From positions 1,792,001-1,856,000 of the forward strand of contig CP169074.1 of assembly GCA_041891055.1 (NCBI GenBank): a stretch of 64,000 nucleotides of DNA. Direction: 5' to 3'. A model generated the notes under the pieces. The model was not told the DNA's origin, made no database searches, and was given only the letters and a program-made list of their open reading frames with translations. The position numbers were made by a program, and so were the translations under genes. Positions 51,558 through 60,071 of this stretch are shown here, one piece after another. Source of the DNA: Halorutilales archaeon Cl-col2-1. GTDB lineage: Archaea; Halobacteriota; Halobacteria; Halobacteriales; Afararchaeaceae. Position 1 is the stretch's first letter; each line of letters starts with the position of its first letter.

Positions 51558-52899
51558 CTCGTTGAGAATGGGGCTTGTCCATGTACTCAACCTCTAACCT
51601 CTCGGTGGAGGAACTACCCTCACTCGGTTTCAGTGTACCGGACTTAAGGGCAAGTTGACACGTTGCCCGTCCGTCCTGTGACTTTTGCACACGACGGACG
51701 TGTTGCGAATCGTTAGATTCGCATACGTCTGCAAAGCTTTGCTTTGTAACATAACGAAGACCGACATTCTTAGAAGCGTTGTAGTCTGCGTCTACCGAAT
51801 ACCCACACTCTCGACACTCAAAGTCGTGTTTCGTCCTGCGGTTACTTCGGTCGGTGTGTCCACAGCGAGAACAAGTCTGACTCGTGTACTCTGGATTCAC
51901 CGACTCGACAGAAACGCCGTACTCTTCGGCTTTGTACTCCACGAACGCGACGAACTGATTGAACGCCCACTGCTGAAACTCTTTGTTGTTCGAGATACGC
52001 TCACGGATGCCGTCAAGCTCCTCGAACACAATAGTAGAACAGTCGTAGCGTACAGCCTCTTCTACGATTTCGTTAGCCCACTTGTGGTACTTCTGATTAC
52101 TCCACTGGCTGAAACGGTCGCCCATACGTTCTATGACCTCGTGAGCGCGACGCGAGCCGTTTCGTTGGAGTGACGCACGCCTACTCTCGTATTCGTCACG
52201 TTCGTGGTTGATATGGTCGCTTGAACCTACGAACCGCCCCGTAGAGGTGACGGCGAAGCTACCTGTGCTGTTCAGGTCTACACCGAGAACCGTTCGCAAA
52301 TCTTCAATCTGCGAGCCATCGAAGCTCCCGCTTCGAGACGTTCCGCTCTCGGTTTCTCCTACGTCCTCTTCTTTCACGACTGAGATATGCAGGTAGTAGT
52401 CGCCGCCCCTGTGGTGTAGCGTCGCCTCTTTCCGTCCCCACTCTTCGGAAAGGTACTCTGTCTGGGGGTTGTCGCCCGTTTCGTCAATCACGAAGTCGGC
52501 TTGTACACGCCCGTCCACGGTTGCGAGAGTACAGCCTTCGTCGGTATACGTGACGGTTCGGTAGTCGTAGGCGACGAACCAACTCTGGAACGTGGGTTTG
52601 GTGGCTTGTTCGCCTTCTTTCCACCGGTTGATTACCTGTTGTAGGCTGTCTACGGCGTAGTCACGCGCCTTCTGTATCAGTCCGGTGTTGAGTCCGGTCT
52701 GTTCCTTGATGTCATCGTAGGTCTGTTCGTGTAGCCACGTCTTGCGCGTGTCTATGTGACCGCCGTCAGTTCGGTTGTTCCATGCGTAGTCTACGGTGTA
52801 CTGACATGCTTCTCGGAACGCCCTGAACGTCTCTCGTAGGCGTTCCTCGTCGGAGCCGTCAACGTCAAGCTTGACCTGTACAGTACGCCGTAGCTCCAT
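51541..52899 (-). CDS. tnpB: RNA-guided endonuclease TnpB with two in-frame insertions
   Basis: LGVDLN / VFEEL / DADYNAS; zinc finger; insertions at 51701-51751 and 52291-52338. Confidence 0.93.
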   Translation of the reverse strand: MELRRTVQVKLDVDGSDEERLRETFRAFREACQYTVDYAWNNRTDGGHIDTRKTWLHEQTYDDIKEQTGLNTGLIQKARDYAVDSLQQVINRWKEGEQATKPTFQSWFVAYDYRTVTYTDEGCTLATVDGRVQADFVIDETGDNPQTEYLSEEWGRKEATLHHRGGDYYLHISVVKEEDVGETESGTSRSGSFDGSQIEDLRTVLGVDLNSTGSFAVTSTGRFVGSSDHINHERDEYESRRASLQRNGSRRAHEVIERMGDRFSQWSNQKYHKWANEIVEEAVRYDCSTIVFEELDGIRERISNNKEFQQWAFNQFVAFVEYKAEEYGVSVESVNPEYTSQTCSRCGHTDRSNRRTKHDFECRECGYSVDADYNASKNVGLRYVTKQSFADVCESNDSQHVRRVQKSQDGRATCQLALKSGTLKPSEGSSSTERLEVEYMDKPHSQRAFGNL

Positions 52900-52994
52900 G
52901 CTTATATATTATATCTATACTTACTTAGTTCTTGTGGGGTAATTTACCCACTCAAAGCACTAAGGCTTAAGTAGTGGTGGTCTATATCACCACC

Positions 52995-53138
52995 ATGGCA
53001 GAAGTCAGAGTACAAAATCCAGACATACACGAAGAGAAGACAGCAGATGGAAAGGGACGTGTATATTTGGGCAAAGATTATGAGAACAGGAAGGTCAGAA
53101 TAGTGGTGGAAGTAGTTGACGACGAACCGGAAGAGTAG
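52995..53138 (+). CDS. Small transposon-associated AbrB-like protein, 47 aa
   Basis: Hand-read MAEVRVQNPDIHEEKTADGKGRVYLGKDYENRKVRIVVEVV. Confidence 0.6.
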   Translation: MAEVRVQNPDIHEEKTADGKGRVYLGKDYENRKVRIVVEVVDDEPEE

Positions 53139-53152
53139 GAGTTGACGGGCTG

Positions 53153-53224
53153 TCACAAAATCTCCGATCTTGTTGGCTCGCTAATCTATGATTAGCGGGC
53201 ACGTAAATCTTAGATTTACGAACG
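53153..53224 (+). repeat. Triple-hairpin micro-insertion, 72 bp
   Basis: TC-hairpin-tggct-hairpin-ggca-hairpin-AACG. Confidence 0.85.
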
Positions 53225-53290
53225 GTTCGTAGAGGGTGGAGTCTTAGCCCTGCCAAAAGATAAAATACTCTTACCGAGTATATGGAATAG

Positions 53291-54160
53291 ATGATCGAGG
53301 CAGACGGGCTCCGGAAGGAGTACGGCGGGTTCGTAGCTGTCGACGGTATCTCGTTCTCGGTCGACGACGGCGAGATATTTGGGATAATAGGTCCCAACGG
53401 CGCGGGGAAGACTACGACCTTAAAGATGGTCTCGGGTCTCGTCGAGCCTACGGCTGGGAGTGCGAGGGTCGCTGGATACGACTCCGAGTCGCTCGACATG
53501 AGGTACCATCTCGGCTACCTCCCCGAAGAGTCGCCGCTCTACGAGGACATGACAGCGGTCTCGTACCTCAAGTTCTTCGCCGACCTCTACGACGTTCCGA
53601 GCCACGTCGCCGAGGAGAGGATACACGAGACACTCGACCGTCTCGACCTCGAACACCGCGACAGGAAGATAGGCGACATGTCTAAGGGTATGAAGAGGAA
53701 GGTCGCCATAACACGGTCACTTGTCAACGACCCCGACGTTCTGATATACGACGAGCCGGCGAGCGGTCTCGATCCCCTCACGACTAACTACATAATCGAG
53801 TTCATGCGTGACCTCCGCGACGAGGGAATGACCATGATCTTCAGCGCGCACAACCTCTTCCATGTCGAGGAGATCTGTGACCGAGTCGTAATACTCAACG
53901 AAGGTGATGTAGTCGCACGTGGCACACTCGACGAGATACGTGACGACTACGGCGGAACCGAGTACCACGTCTACTCGACCGTCGACGTCGAGGGACGCGA
54001 GACGGAGAGGGAGGACGGCAGGTACAGGATAGTCCTCGACTCGATGGACGGCGTCGAGGCACTCCGCGACGAGATCCACGCCGAGGGCGGCGAGATAGAC
54101 GACATACGTACACACGAGCCGAGCCTCGAAGAGATATTCCTCAACGTAGCGAGGAGGTAA
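53291..54160 (+). CDS. ABC exporter ATP-binding protein
   Basis: GPNGAGKTT, MSKGMKRK, YDEP. Confidence 0.93.
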   Translation: MIEADGLRKEYGGFVAVDGISFSVDDGEIFGIIGPNGAGKTTTLKMVSGLVEPTAGSARVAGYDSESLDMRYHLGYLPEESPLYEDMTAVSYLKFFADLYDVPSHVAEERIHETLDRLDLEHRDRKIGDMSKGMKRKVAITRSLVNDPDVLIYDEPASGLDPLTTNYIIEFMRDLRDEGMTMIFSAHNLFHVEEICDRVVILNEGDVVARGTLDEIRDDYGGTEYHVYSTVDVEGRETEREDGRYRIVLDSMDGVEALRDEIHAEGGEIDDIRTHEPSLEEIFLNVARR

Positions 54161-54161
54161 T

Positions 54162-55955
54162 GTGAGGCTCTCGAAGATACTCCGTATATCCAAGTGGGAG
54201 GTCACGAAGTCGACTGGCGACATCGACAGACGCACCGGTGTTCTCGTTCTAGTCGGTGTCTTAGCCGTCGGGGCTCTCGTCCTCGGATACGTCCAGGCGG
54301 GAGCCGTTCTCGATCAGGGAATATACCGTGTCGGAGTCTCGGAGGAGTCGGAGTACTACGACGCCGTCGAAGTCTCCGATCGTCTTGTCGCACGCGAGCC
54401 GAGTATCGAGGACGTCAGGAACGGTGACCTCGACGTCTCTATAGACGACGACATCATACGTTACCACGACTCGAAGAAGGGGAAGGCTGCGGTGTCGGAG
54501 CTCAGGAGCGCGGTACAGGACTACAACGGCTTACTCATGTCGAGGGAGGCAGACGAGGGGAGAGGAGTAGCCGCTTTTCCCGTGAGGGTGAACCTCCTCT
54601 ATGTCAACCAGAATATCACAGTCGGCGGAGGTGACACAGGAGACGGAGCCAGTGGCGGTGGCGGGGGAGCCGGCGGAGGAACGGGTGGTGGAACAGGTGG
54701 TACGGGCAGTGACACGGGTCAGACACCTGTGCCACCCGTCTCGGGCGGCGGCGGTTCGAATATATTTGACTCGAACGAAGGAGCCACGACGCCCTCGGGA
54801 ATATCGCCTCCGTTCCCGTTCGAGTCACTCATACTCGCGTTCGCCTTCATAGTCCCGATGAACTTCATCGTACAGGCTTACGCGAGTAGCATGATCGACG
54901 AGAGGATAAACAGACGCGGTGAGCTACTCCTGATCTCTCCCGTCACGAGGTTCGACGTGATAGCGGGGAAGACTCTTCCCTACTTCGTCGGCATGCTCGG
55001 AGTTGCCTCGCTCACTGCGGGAGGTATAGGCTACGTGTCGGGCGAACTATCGGCTCGGTCGGTGGCTGTGATGGTCTCAGCCGTCGTCCCGGTTATGCTT
55101 GCCTTCCTCTCGACTTCGTTCGTAGGAGCGATGTTCTCCCGGTCGTTCAAGGAGCTCACATTCGTGACAGTCTCTATAAGTGTCTTCCTCACCGCATACG
55201 TCTTCATACCCGCTATATTCACCGACGTCCATCCCATCGCCGTGATATCGCCCATAACACTCGTCGTGCAGGTCTTAGAAGGGAGTCGGGTCGCTGTCTC
55301 CGACTACGTCTTCTCGACACTTCCGCTCTACCTCACCTCGGGAGTCCTCTTCGCACTCGGAGGTGGGGTCTACCGCGAGGAGGACATGTTCACTCAGCGT
55401 CCCGTGCCTCTCAAGGCACTCGACTCGGTGGCGAGCCTCATCTACCGACGTCTCAGCGTCTTCAAGCTGAGTATACTCCTCATACCCTTCGTCTTCGGAG
55501 CCGAGCTACTCGGAATTGCTACACTCTTCGCGCTCCCCGTCGGTGTCTCCGTTCCCGCACTCATGGTTATGATAGCCGTGATCGAGGAGGTCGCAAAGAG
55601 CGTCCATATCTACGCGGGCTTCGAGAAGTCCTACTTCGAGAGAACGCGGCGCGAGGCGGTCGTACTCGGAAGTCTGAGCGGCTTCGGCTTCTTCGTCGGC
55701 GAGAAGATAACTCTCGTGTCCCAGTTAGTTGGACTCCCACAGCTCGAACTCGGACGTGCAGCCTTCGGAGGACATCCCGGACTTCCGACTGCACTCGGTC
55801 TACTCCTCGCGCCGCTCGTCCTCCACGTCGTAACTGCGTCAGTCTCGTCGCTCGGTGCGTCGCGGGGAAGACGTGGATACGCGATAGGTCTCGCGGGAGC
55901 CGTCGTGATACACGCAGTCTACAACATAACGGTGGTGACTACACTTGGGATTTAA
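54162..55955 (+). CDS. ABC-2 permease fused to a PrsW-like intramembrane protease domain
   Basis: ABC-2 TMs; IEEVAK, GFFVGEK, LH..., IHAVYN. Confidence 0.8.
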   Translation: MRLSKILRISKWEVTKSTGDIDRRTGVLVLVGVLAVGALVLGYVQAGAVLDQGIYRVGVSEESEYYDAVEVSDRLVAREPSIEDVRNGDLDVSIDDDIIRYHDSKKGKAAVSELRSAVQDYNGLLMSREADEGRGVAAFPVRVNLLYVNQNITVGGGDTGDGASGGGGGAGGGTGGGTGGTGSDTGQTPVPPVSGGGGSNIFDSNEGATTPSGISPPFPFESLILAFAFIVPMNFIVQAYASSMIDERINRRGELLLISPVTRFDVIAGKTLPYFVGMLGVASLTAGGIGYVSGELSARSVAVMVSAVVPVMLAFLSTSFVGAMFSRSFKELTFVTVSISVFLTAYVFIPAIFTDVHPIAVISPITLVVQVLEGSRVAVSDYVFSTLPLYLTSGVLFALGGGVYREEDMFTQRPVPLKALDSVASLIYRRLSVFKLSILLIPFVFGAELLGIATLFALPVGVSVPALMVMIAVIEEVAKSVHIYAGFEKSYFERTRREAVVLGSLSGFGFFVGEKITLVSQLVGLPQLELGRAAFGGHPGLPTALGLLLAPLVLHVVTASVSSLGASRGRRGYAIGLAGAVVIHAVYNITVVTTLGI

Positions 55956-57015
55956 ACAGGTACTCACGGTCACTCGACGCGAACTCTCGTCGCTGAGGAG
56001 CGAGAAGACAGTCGTCCTCGCCCTCATGATACAGCTCTTCATAGCCGCTTTCTCGTCTTTCCTCGTCGTGGGTCTCGTCTCGATGTACAGCCCCGACGCC
56101 GTCGGGGACAGCGGCTTCACGGTCGACTACGGGGTCACAGGGGATGCTGCCGACGACGTAGCGCGTGCGATAGACGACGAGGACGGCTGGAGGGTCTCGG
56201 AGTACGAAAGCTACGAGGCGGCTATGTCGGAGTTCAGTGGGGGTGGTCTCGACGTAGTACTCGACACCTCACGTCTCGAAAACGGACGTATCGAAATAAC
56301 GGCTGTCGTCCCCGACTCGAGTATACGTACGACCCTCATCGTCGTACAGGCGAAACAGGCTCTCCAGACCGTCGAGAGGAGCCAGAGAGCCGAGATGAGT
56401 TCGACCCTCGAACGTCAGCCTGTTCCCCTTCCTGAGAAGGTCGGGTCGAGCCCCTACTTCGGCTTCACCTACACGGTTCTAATACCACTCCTGATGTTTC
56501 TCCCAGTCTTCATAAGCGGGAGCATCTCGTCCGACTCTATCACGGAGGAGTTCGAGAGGGGAACATTCGATCTACTTAGGACGGCTCCGATCTCCGAGAA
56601 CGAGATAATCGACGGCAAGATGGCGGCTATGGCTGTCCTCTCGCCCGTACAGGCGGCGGTCTGGCTCGGACTCCTGCGTTTCAACGGCACTGCGGTAGAA
56701 CGTCCCTTCCTACTCGTCGCCGTCGTCGCCGCCTTCTCCGTGATAACCGTGACCGCGGGCTCGACGGTCGCGCTCCGGTTTAGAGACAGGAAGAAGGCAC
56801 AGTTCATCTACTCCGTGAGCCTCATGCTTATATTCGGCGCGCTCCATCTCGACCTCGGCGTCATACCCGAGTCACCCACCAACACCGTCGCGAAGCTAGC
56901 TATAGGTAGTTCGACCCCCGAGACGTATCTCATGGTCGCCGTCTACGCCGTTCTCGCGGTCGTGGGCTATCTCGCCGTCAGACGCGGGTTCGTCCCCTCG
57001 CTCTCGGATTCGTAA
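55945..57015 (+). CDS. ABC-2 permease
   Basis: EEFERGTFDLLRTAP..IIDGK. Confidence 0.85.
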   Translation: MGFKQVLTVTRRELSSLRSEKTVVLALMIQLFIAAFSSFLVVGLVSMYSPDAVGDSGFTVDYGVTGDAADDVARAIDDEDGWRVSEYESYEAAMSEFSGGGLDVVLDTSRLENGRIEITAVVPDSSIRTTLIVVQAKQALQTVERSQRAEMSSTLERQPVPLPEKVGSSPYFGFTYTVLIPLLMFLPVFISGSISSDSITEEFERGTFDLLRTAPISENEIIDGKMAAMAVLSPVQAAVWLGLLRFNGTAVERPFLLVAVVAAFSVITVTAGSTVALRFRDRKKAQFIYSVSLMLIFGALHLDLGVIPESPTNTVAKLAIGSSTPETYLMVAVYAVLAVVGYLAVRRGFVPSLSDS

Positions 57016-57058
57016 CGTAACAAATAGATACTTATCCGAGGAGGACGACCTACGGAGT

Positions 57059-57238
57059 ATGCAGGAAACCTGGGTAAACGTCGAATGTAACAGCTGTGGA
57101 GAGACTTGGGAGGTAAAGGTCTCGGAGCTCCCGGTCGACAACGGAACGTTCAGGTGTAAGGAGTGTGGCAACGAGTCTCCCGTCAAGGAGTTCCTCAAGA
57201 CTGAGAAGGATCTCGAAGTCTACGACGAACTCAAGTAG
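57059..57238 (+). CDS. Small zinc-finger protein, 59 aa
   Basis: Hand-read CNSCG...CKECG. Confidence 0.75.
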   Translation: MQETWVNVECNSCGETWEVKVSELPVDNGTFRCKECGNESPVKEFLKTEKDLEVYDELK

Positions 57239-57250
57239 TACCGACTCATA

Positions 57251-57883
57251 TCACACCGCGTCGACTGCGGTCTCAAGTAGGTCAAGTGCACGTACGGCGT
57301 CGTCTCTCTCTACGACTATTATCGTCTCGGTGTAACACGAGGTGATGTCGACTATGTTTATCTCCTCCGACGTGAAACGTGATATCATGTACGACAGAAC
57401 ACCCGAGACATCGGTGATCTCCTCGGGCGACTCGACGACGATACCCGTGAGGTCGTGTCTCTCCTCGACTACCTCGCCCTCGCCGTCCTCGATACCCTCC
57501 CTGACCTCGTCGGCGTAGGTGTCGTCTGTGACTACCGTGGTGTAACTCCTCCCACGAACGAGATGGAAGAAGCCCGACTCTATACCTAAGTCTCCCACAC
57601 GTGTCGCCGTGAAAGAGACGACGTTTCCCCTCAGAGAGACCCTCGAACCGCCGAGCACCTCCCTTACCCTCTCGACGTTCTCGACACCGTCTTCGAGCTC
57701 GTCGCCGTACCTTCTCAGTGCCGTCGTCACCGCCTCTATGTTGACGTCTCCGCCGACCTCCTCTTCGACCTCGGGCTTTATCTTCCTCGCTAAAGCGCGG
57801 TAGTTGACGACGCCCTCACGGAGACAGTCGAGCATATACGGATAACGAGATACGACATCGCGGCAGTCCTGTGCGAGTGACAT
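57251..57883 (-). CDS. ACT-domain putative regulator
   Basis: GVVNYRALARKI N-terminus, ACT-like C-terminus; divergent from argG. Confidence 0.7.
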   Translation of the reverse strand: MSLAQDCRDVVSRYPYMLDCLREGVVNYRALARKIKPEVEEEVGGDVNIEAVTTALRRYGDELEDGVENVERVREVLGGSRVSLRGNVVSFTATRVGDLGIESGFFHLVRGRSYTTVVTDDTYADEVREGIEDGEGEVVEERHDLTGIVVESPEEITDVSGVLSYMISRFTSEEINIVDITSCYTETIIVVERDDAVRALDLLETAVDAV

Positions 57884-57989
57884 ACATGTAGTACGTCATA
57901 ACAGACTAAAATACTGTGGTTTTGAACTATATAAGTCATTAACGACCCAAATACAAAGACTTTAGTTCTTTTACGTCTTAGACTGAGGT

Positions 57990-59243
57990 ATGACAGAGAC
58001 AGATACACGTAAAGCAGTCCTCGCCTTCTCGGGAGGTCTCGACACGAGCGTCTGTGTTCCCCTTCTCAAGGAGGAGTACGGATACGACGAGGTCATTCCC
58101 GTAGTCGTCGACGTCGGACAGCCCGAGGAGGACATGGAGGAAGCCTACGAACGCGCTGAGGAGCTTGACCTCGATCTCCGTGTCGTCGAGGCGAGCGAGG
58201 AGTACGCCGAGGAGTACATACTCCCCCTCATAAAGGCAAACGGAAGCTACGAGGGTTACCCGATGGGCACGAGCATAGCGCGTCCCGTCATAGCGCGCCA
58301 CTGTCTCGACATAGCCCTCGAAGAGGACGCCGACGGTCTCGCACACGGCTGTACGGGAAAGGGCAACGACCAGCTCAGATTCGAGGCGGTCTGGCGTGAG
58401 TCCGACCTGGAGATAATTGCTCCGATGCGTGAGAAGAACCTCACTCGTGAGTGGGAAATAGAGTACGCACAGGATCACGGCATGAGCGTCCGAGCGACGA
58501 AGGAGGAGCCGTGGTCGATAGACTCGAACCTCTGGAGCCGTTCGATAGAGGGAGGAGACCTCGAAAACCCGTCGAACGAGCCTCCTGAGGAGATCTTCGA
58601 GTGGACGGCGTCTCCCGTCGATGCCCCCGACGAACCCGAGGTAGTCGAGATAGAGTTCGAGGAGGGCAGACCCGTCGCTCTAAACGTCGTCGAGGGAACC
58701 TCGACTGGCTCTCAGACTCCGTCTGGGAATGGAAACGAGATGGATCTTCTCGAACTCATAAGGGAGCTACACGACGTCGCGGGGAAACACGGCGTCGGAA
58801 GAAACGACATGATGGAGGATCGCGTCTTAGGTCTCAAGGTGCGCGAGGTCTACGAGCACCCTGCGGCGACAGTCCTCCTCAAGGCACACGAGGATCTCGA
58901 GAGCCTCGTCCTCACACGTTCACAGCTCAAGTTCAAGTCGGGGGTCGAGGAAGAATGGAGCGAACTCGCCTACAAGGGACTCGTCAACGAGCCTCTCTAC
59001 GACGACCTCAACGCCTTCATAGAGTCGACACAGGAGAACGTCACCGGAACCGTGAGGGTCAAGCTCCACAAGGGAACCGCACGCGTCGTCGGACGTGAGA
59101 GTCCCTACGGTCTCTACGGCGAGGAGATGGTCTCGTTCGACACGGGAAGCGTGACACAGGACATAGACCAGACCGACGCCGTCGGCTTCTCGAAGTACCA
59201 CGGCATACAGGGACGGTTCAGGAAGAAGTTCAAGGATCAGTAG
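57990..59243 (+). CDS. argG: Argininosuccinate synthase with a 15-aa insertion
   Basis: AFSGGLDTS, HGCTGKGNDQLRFE, SIDSNLW. Confidence 0.97.
   Translation: MTETDTRKAVLAFSGGLDTSVCVPLLKEEYGYDEVIPVVVDVGQPEEDMEEAYERAEELDLDLRVVEASEEYAEEYILPLIKANGSYEGYPMGTSIARPVIARHCLDIALEEDADGLAHGCTGKGNDQLRFEAVWRESDLEIIAPMREKNLTREWEIEYAQDHGMSVRATKEEPWSIDSNLWSRSIEGGDLENPSNEPPEEIFEWTASPVDAPDEPEVVEIEFEEGRPVALNVVEGTSTGSQTPSGNGNEMDLLELIRELHDVAGKHGVGRNDMMEDRVLGLKVREVYEHPAATVLLKAHEDLESLVLTRSQLKFKSGVEEEWSELAYKGLVNEPLYDDLNAFIESTQENVTGTVRVKLHKGTARVVGRESPYGLYGEEMVSFDTGSVTQDIDQTDAVGFSKYHGIQGRFRKKFKDQ
58687..58731 (+). repeat. Double-hairpin micro-insertion, 45 bp, in frame
   Basis: TC-gtcgagg gaa cctcgac-tggct-ctcagac tcc gtctggg-AATG. 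Confidence 0.85.
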
Positions 59244-59344
59244 TCACCGCCCTTCGTAGAGGCGGTCTCGTAGATCCAGTAACGTAACTGCTTTGCGCAA
59301 ACCCACCCAAAGGCACAATATTCTGTGTATACATACTTTTCTGT

Positions 59345-59575
59345 ATGCCCAGCATCACGGTCAACGTAGACGCCGACCTCAAAGAGAGAATGGAAGAGCA
59401 TCCCGAGATCAACTGGAGTGAGGTAACACGCCAAGCCATACAGGAGAAAGTAGAGACACTTGAAGTAATGGACGAACTCACAAGTGAGAGCGAGCTTACC
59501 GAAACTGACGTTCAGGAGATTGCCGAGAAGATCAACGAATCCGGACGTAATCGCGTCGACAAGGATTTAGCCTAG
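59345..59575 (+). CDS. RHH antitoxin
   Basis: MPSITVNVD...HPEINWSEVTRQAI. Confidence 0.85.
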   Translation: MPSITVNVDADLKERMEEHPEINWSEVTRQAIQEKVETLEVMDELTSESELTETDVQEIAEKINESGRNRVDKDLA

Positions 59576-59584
59576 ACTCGAAAG

Positions 59585-60049
59585 ATGAAGCTGGTTATCG
59601 ACGCCAACGTCTTCAGATCTATGATCTGAAGGCTCATCAATCTCCGATTGAGGAACGTTGTTATCTCTGCACTTATCGCCGATTCAAAAACACGTGAACT
59701 CATCGTCACACTCGAACCCGATCTCCTGACACCTGAGTTTGTCCACGACGAAGTCGAGAATTACGAAGACATGATTGCAGTGAAGTCGGGCATGGAACCG
59801 GATCGAGTAGAACAGTTCATGGATCTCCTGTTCCAGTACATCGAGACGGCTCCTGCTGACGAATTCTATCCGTCGATTGAGACAGCGAAAGAAGCAATCG
59901 GATATACCGACCCGGACGATGTGCTCTACTTAGCCTGCGCGATCGAAAGAAATGCTGCTATCTGGAGCGATGACTCTGACTTCGACAGACAGGACTTAGT
60001 CGACACTTACTCGACGAGTGACGTAATCAACTCGTTTGATACAGTCTAA
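59585..60049 (+). pseudogene. PIN toxin interrupted by a 48-bp micro-insertion with an in-frame TGA
   Basis: MKLVIDAN|insert 59610-59657|VVISALIAD; TGA at 59627-59629. Confidence 0.85.
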
Positions 60050-60071
60050 TGCCTCTGTCTTTCAGTATTAC

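Larger units (their letters stand above)
51420..53262 (-). mobile_element. IS1341-type (tnpB-only) element 2
   Basis: Right end ggggtagttgac; tnpB; left-end-like gagggtggagtcttagcc; left boundary approximate. Confidence 0.8.

Noticed and set aside
59648-60049. Intact 133-aa PIN protein from the ORF track
   Set aside because: The start lies inside the insertion and omits the first catalytic Asp; the real start is 59585.
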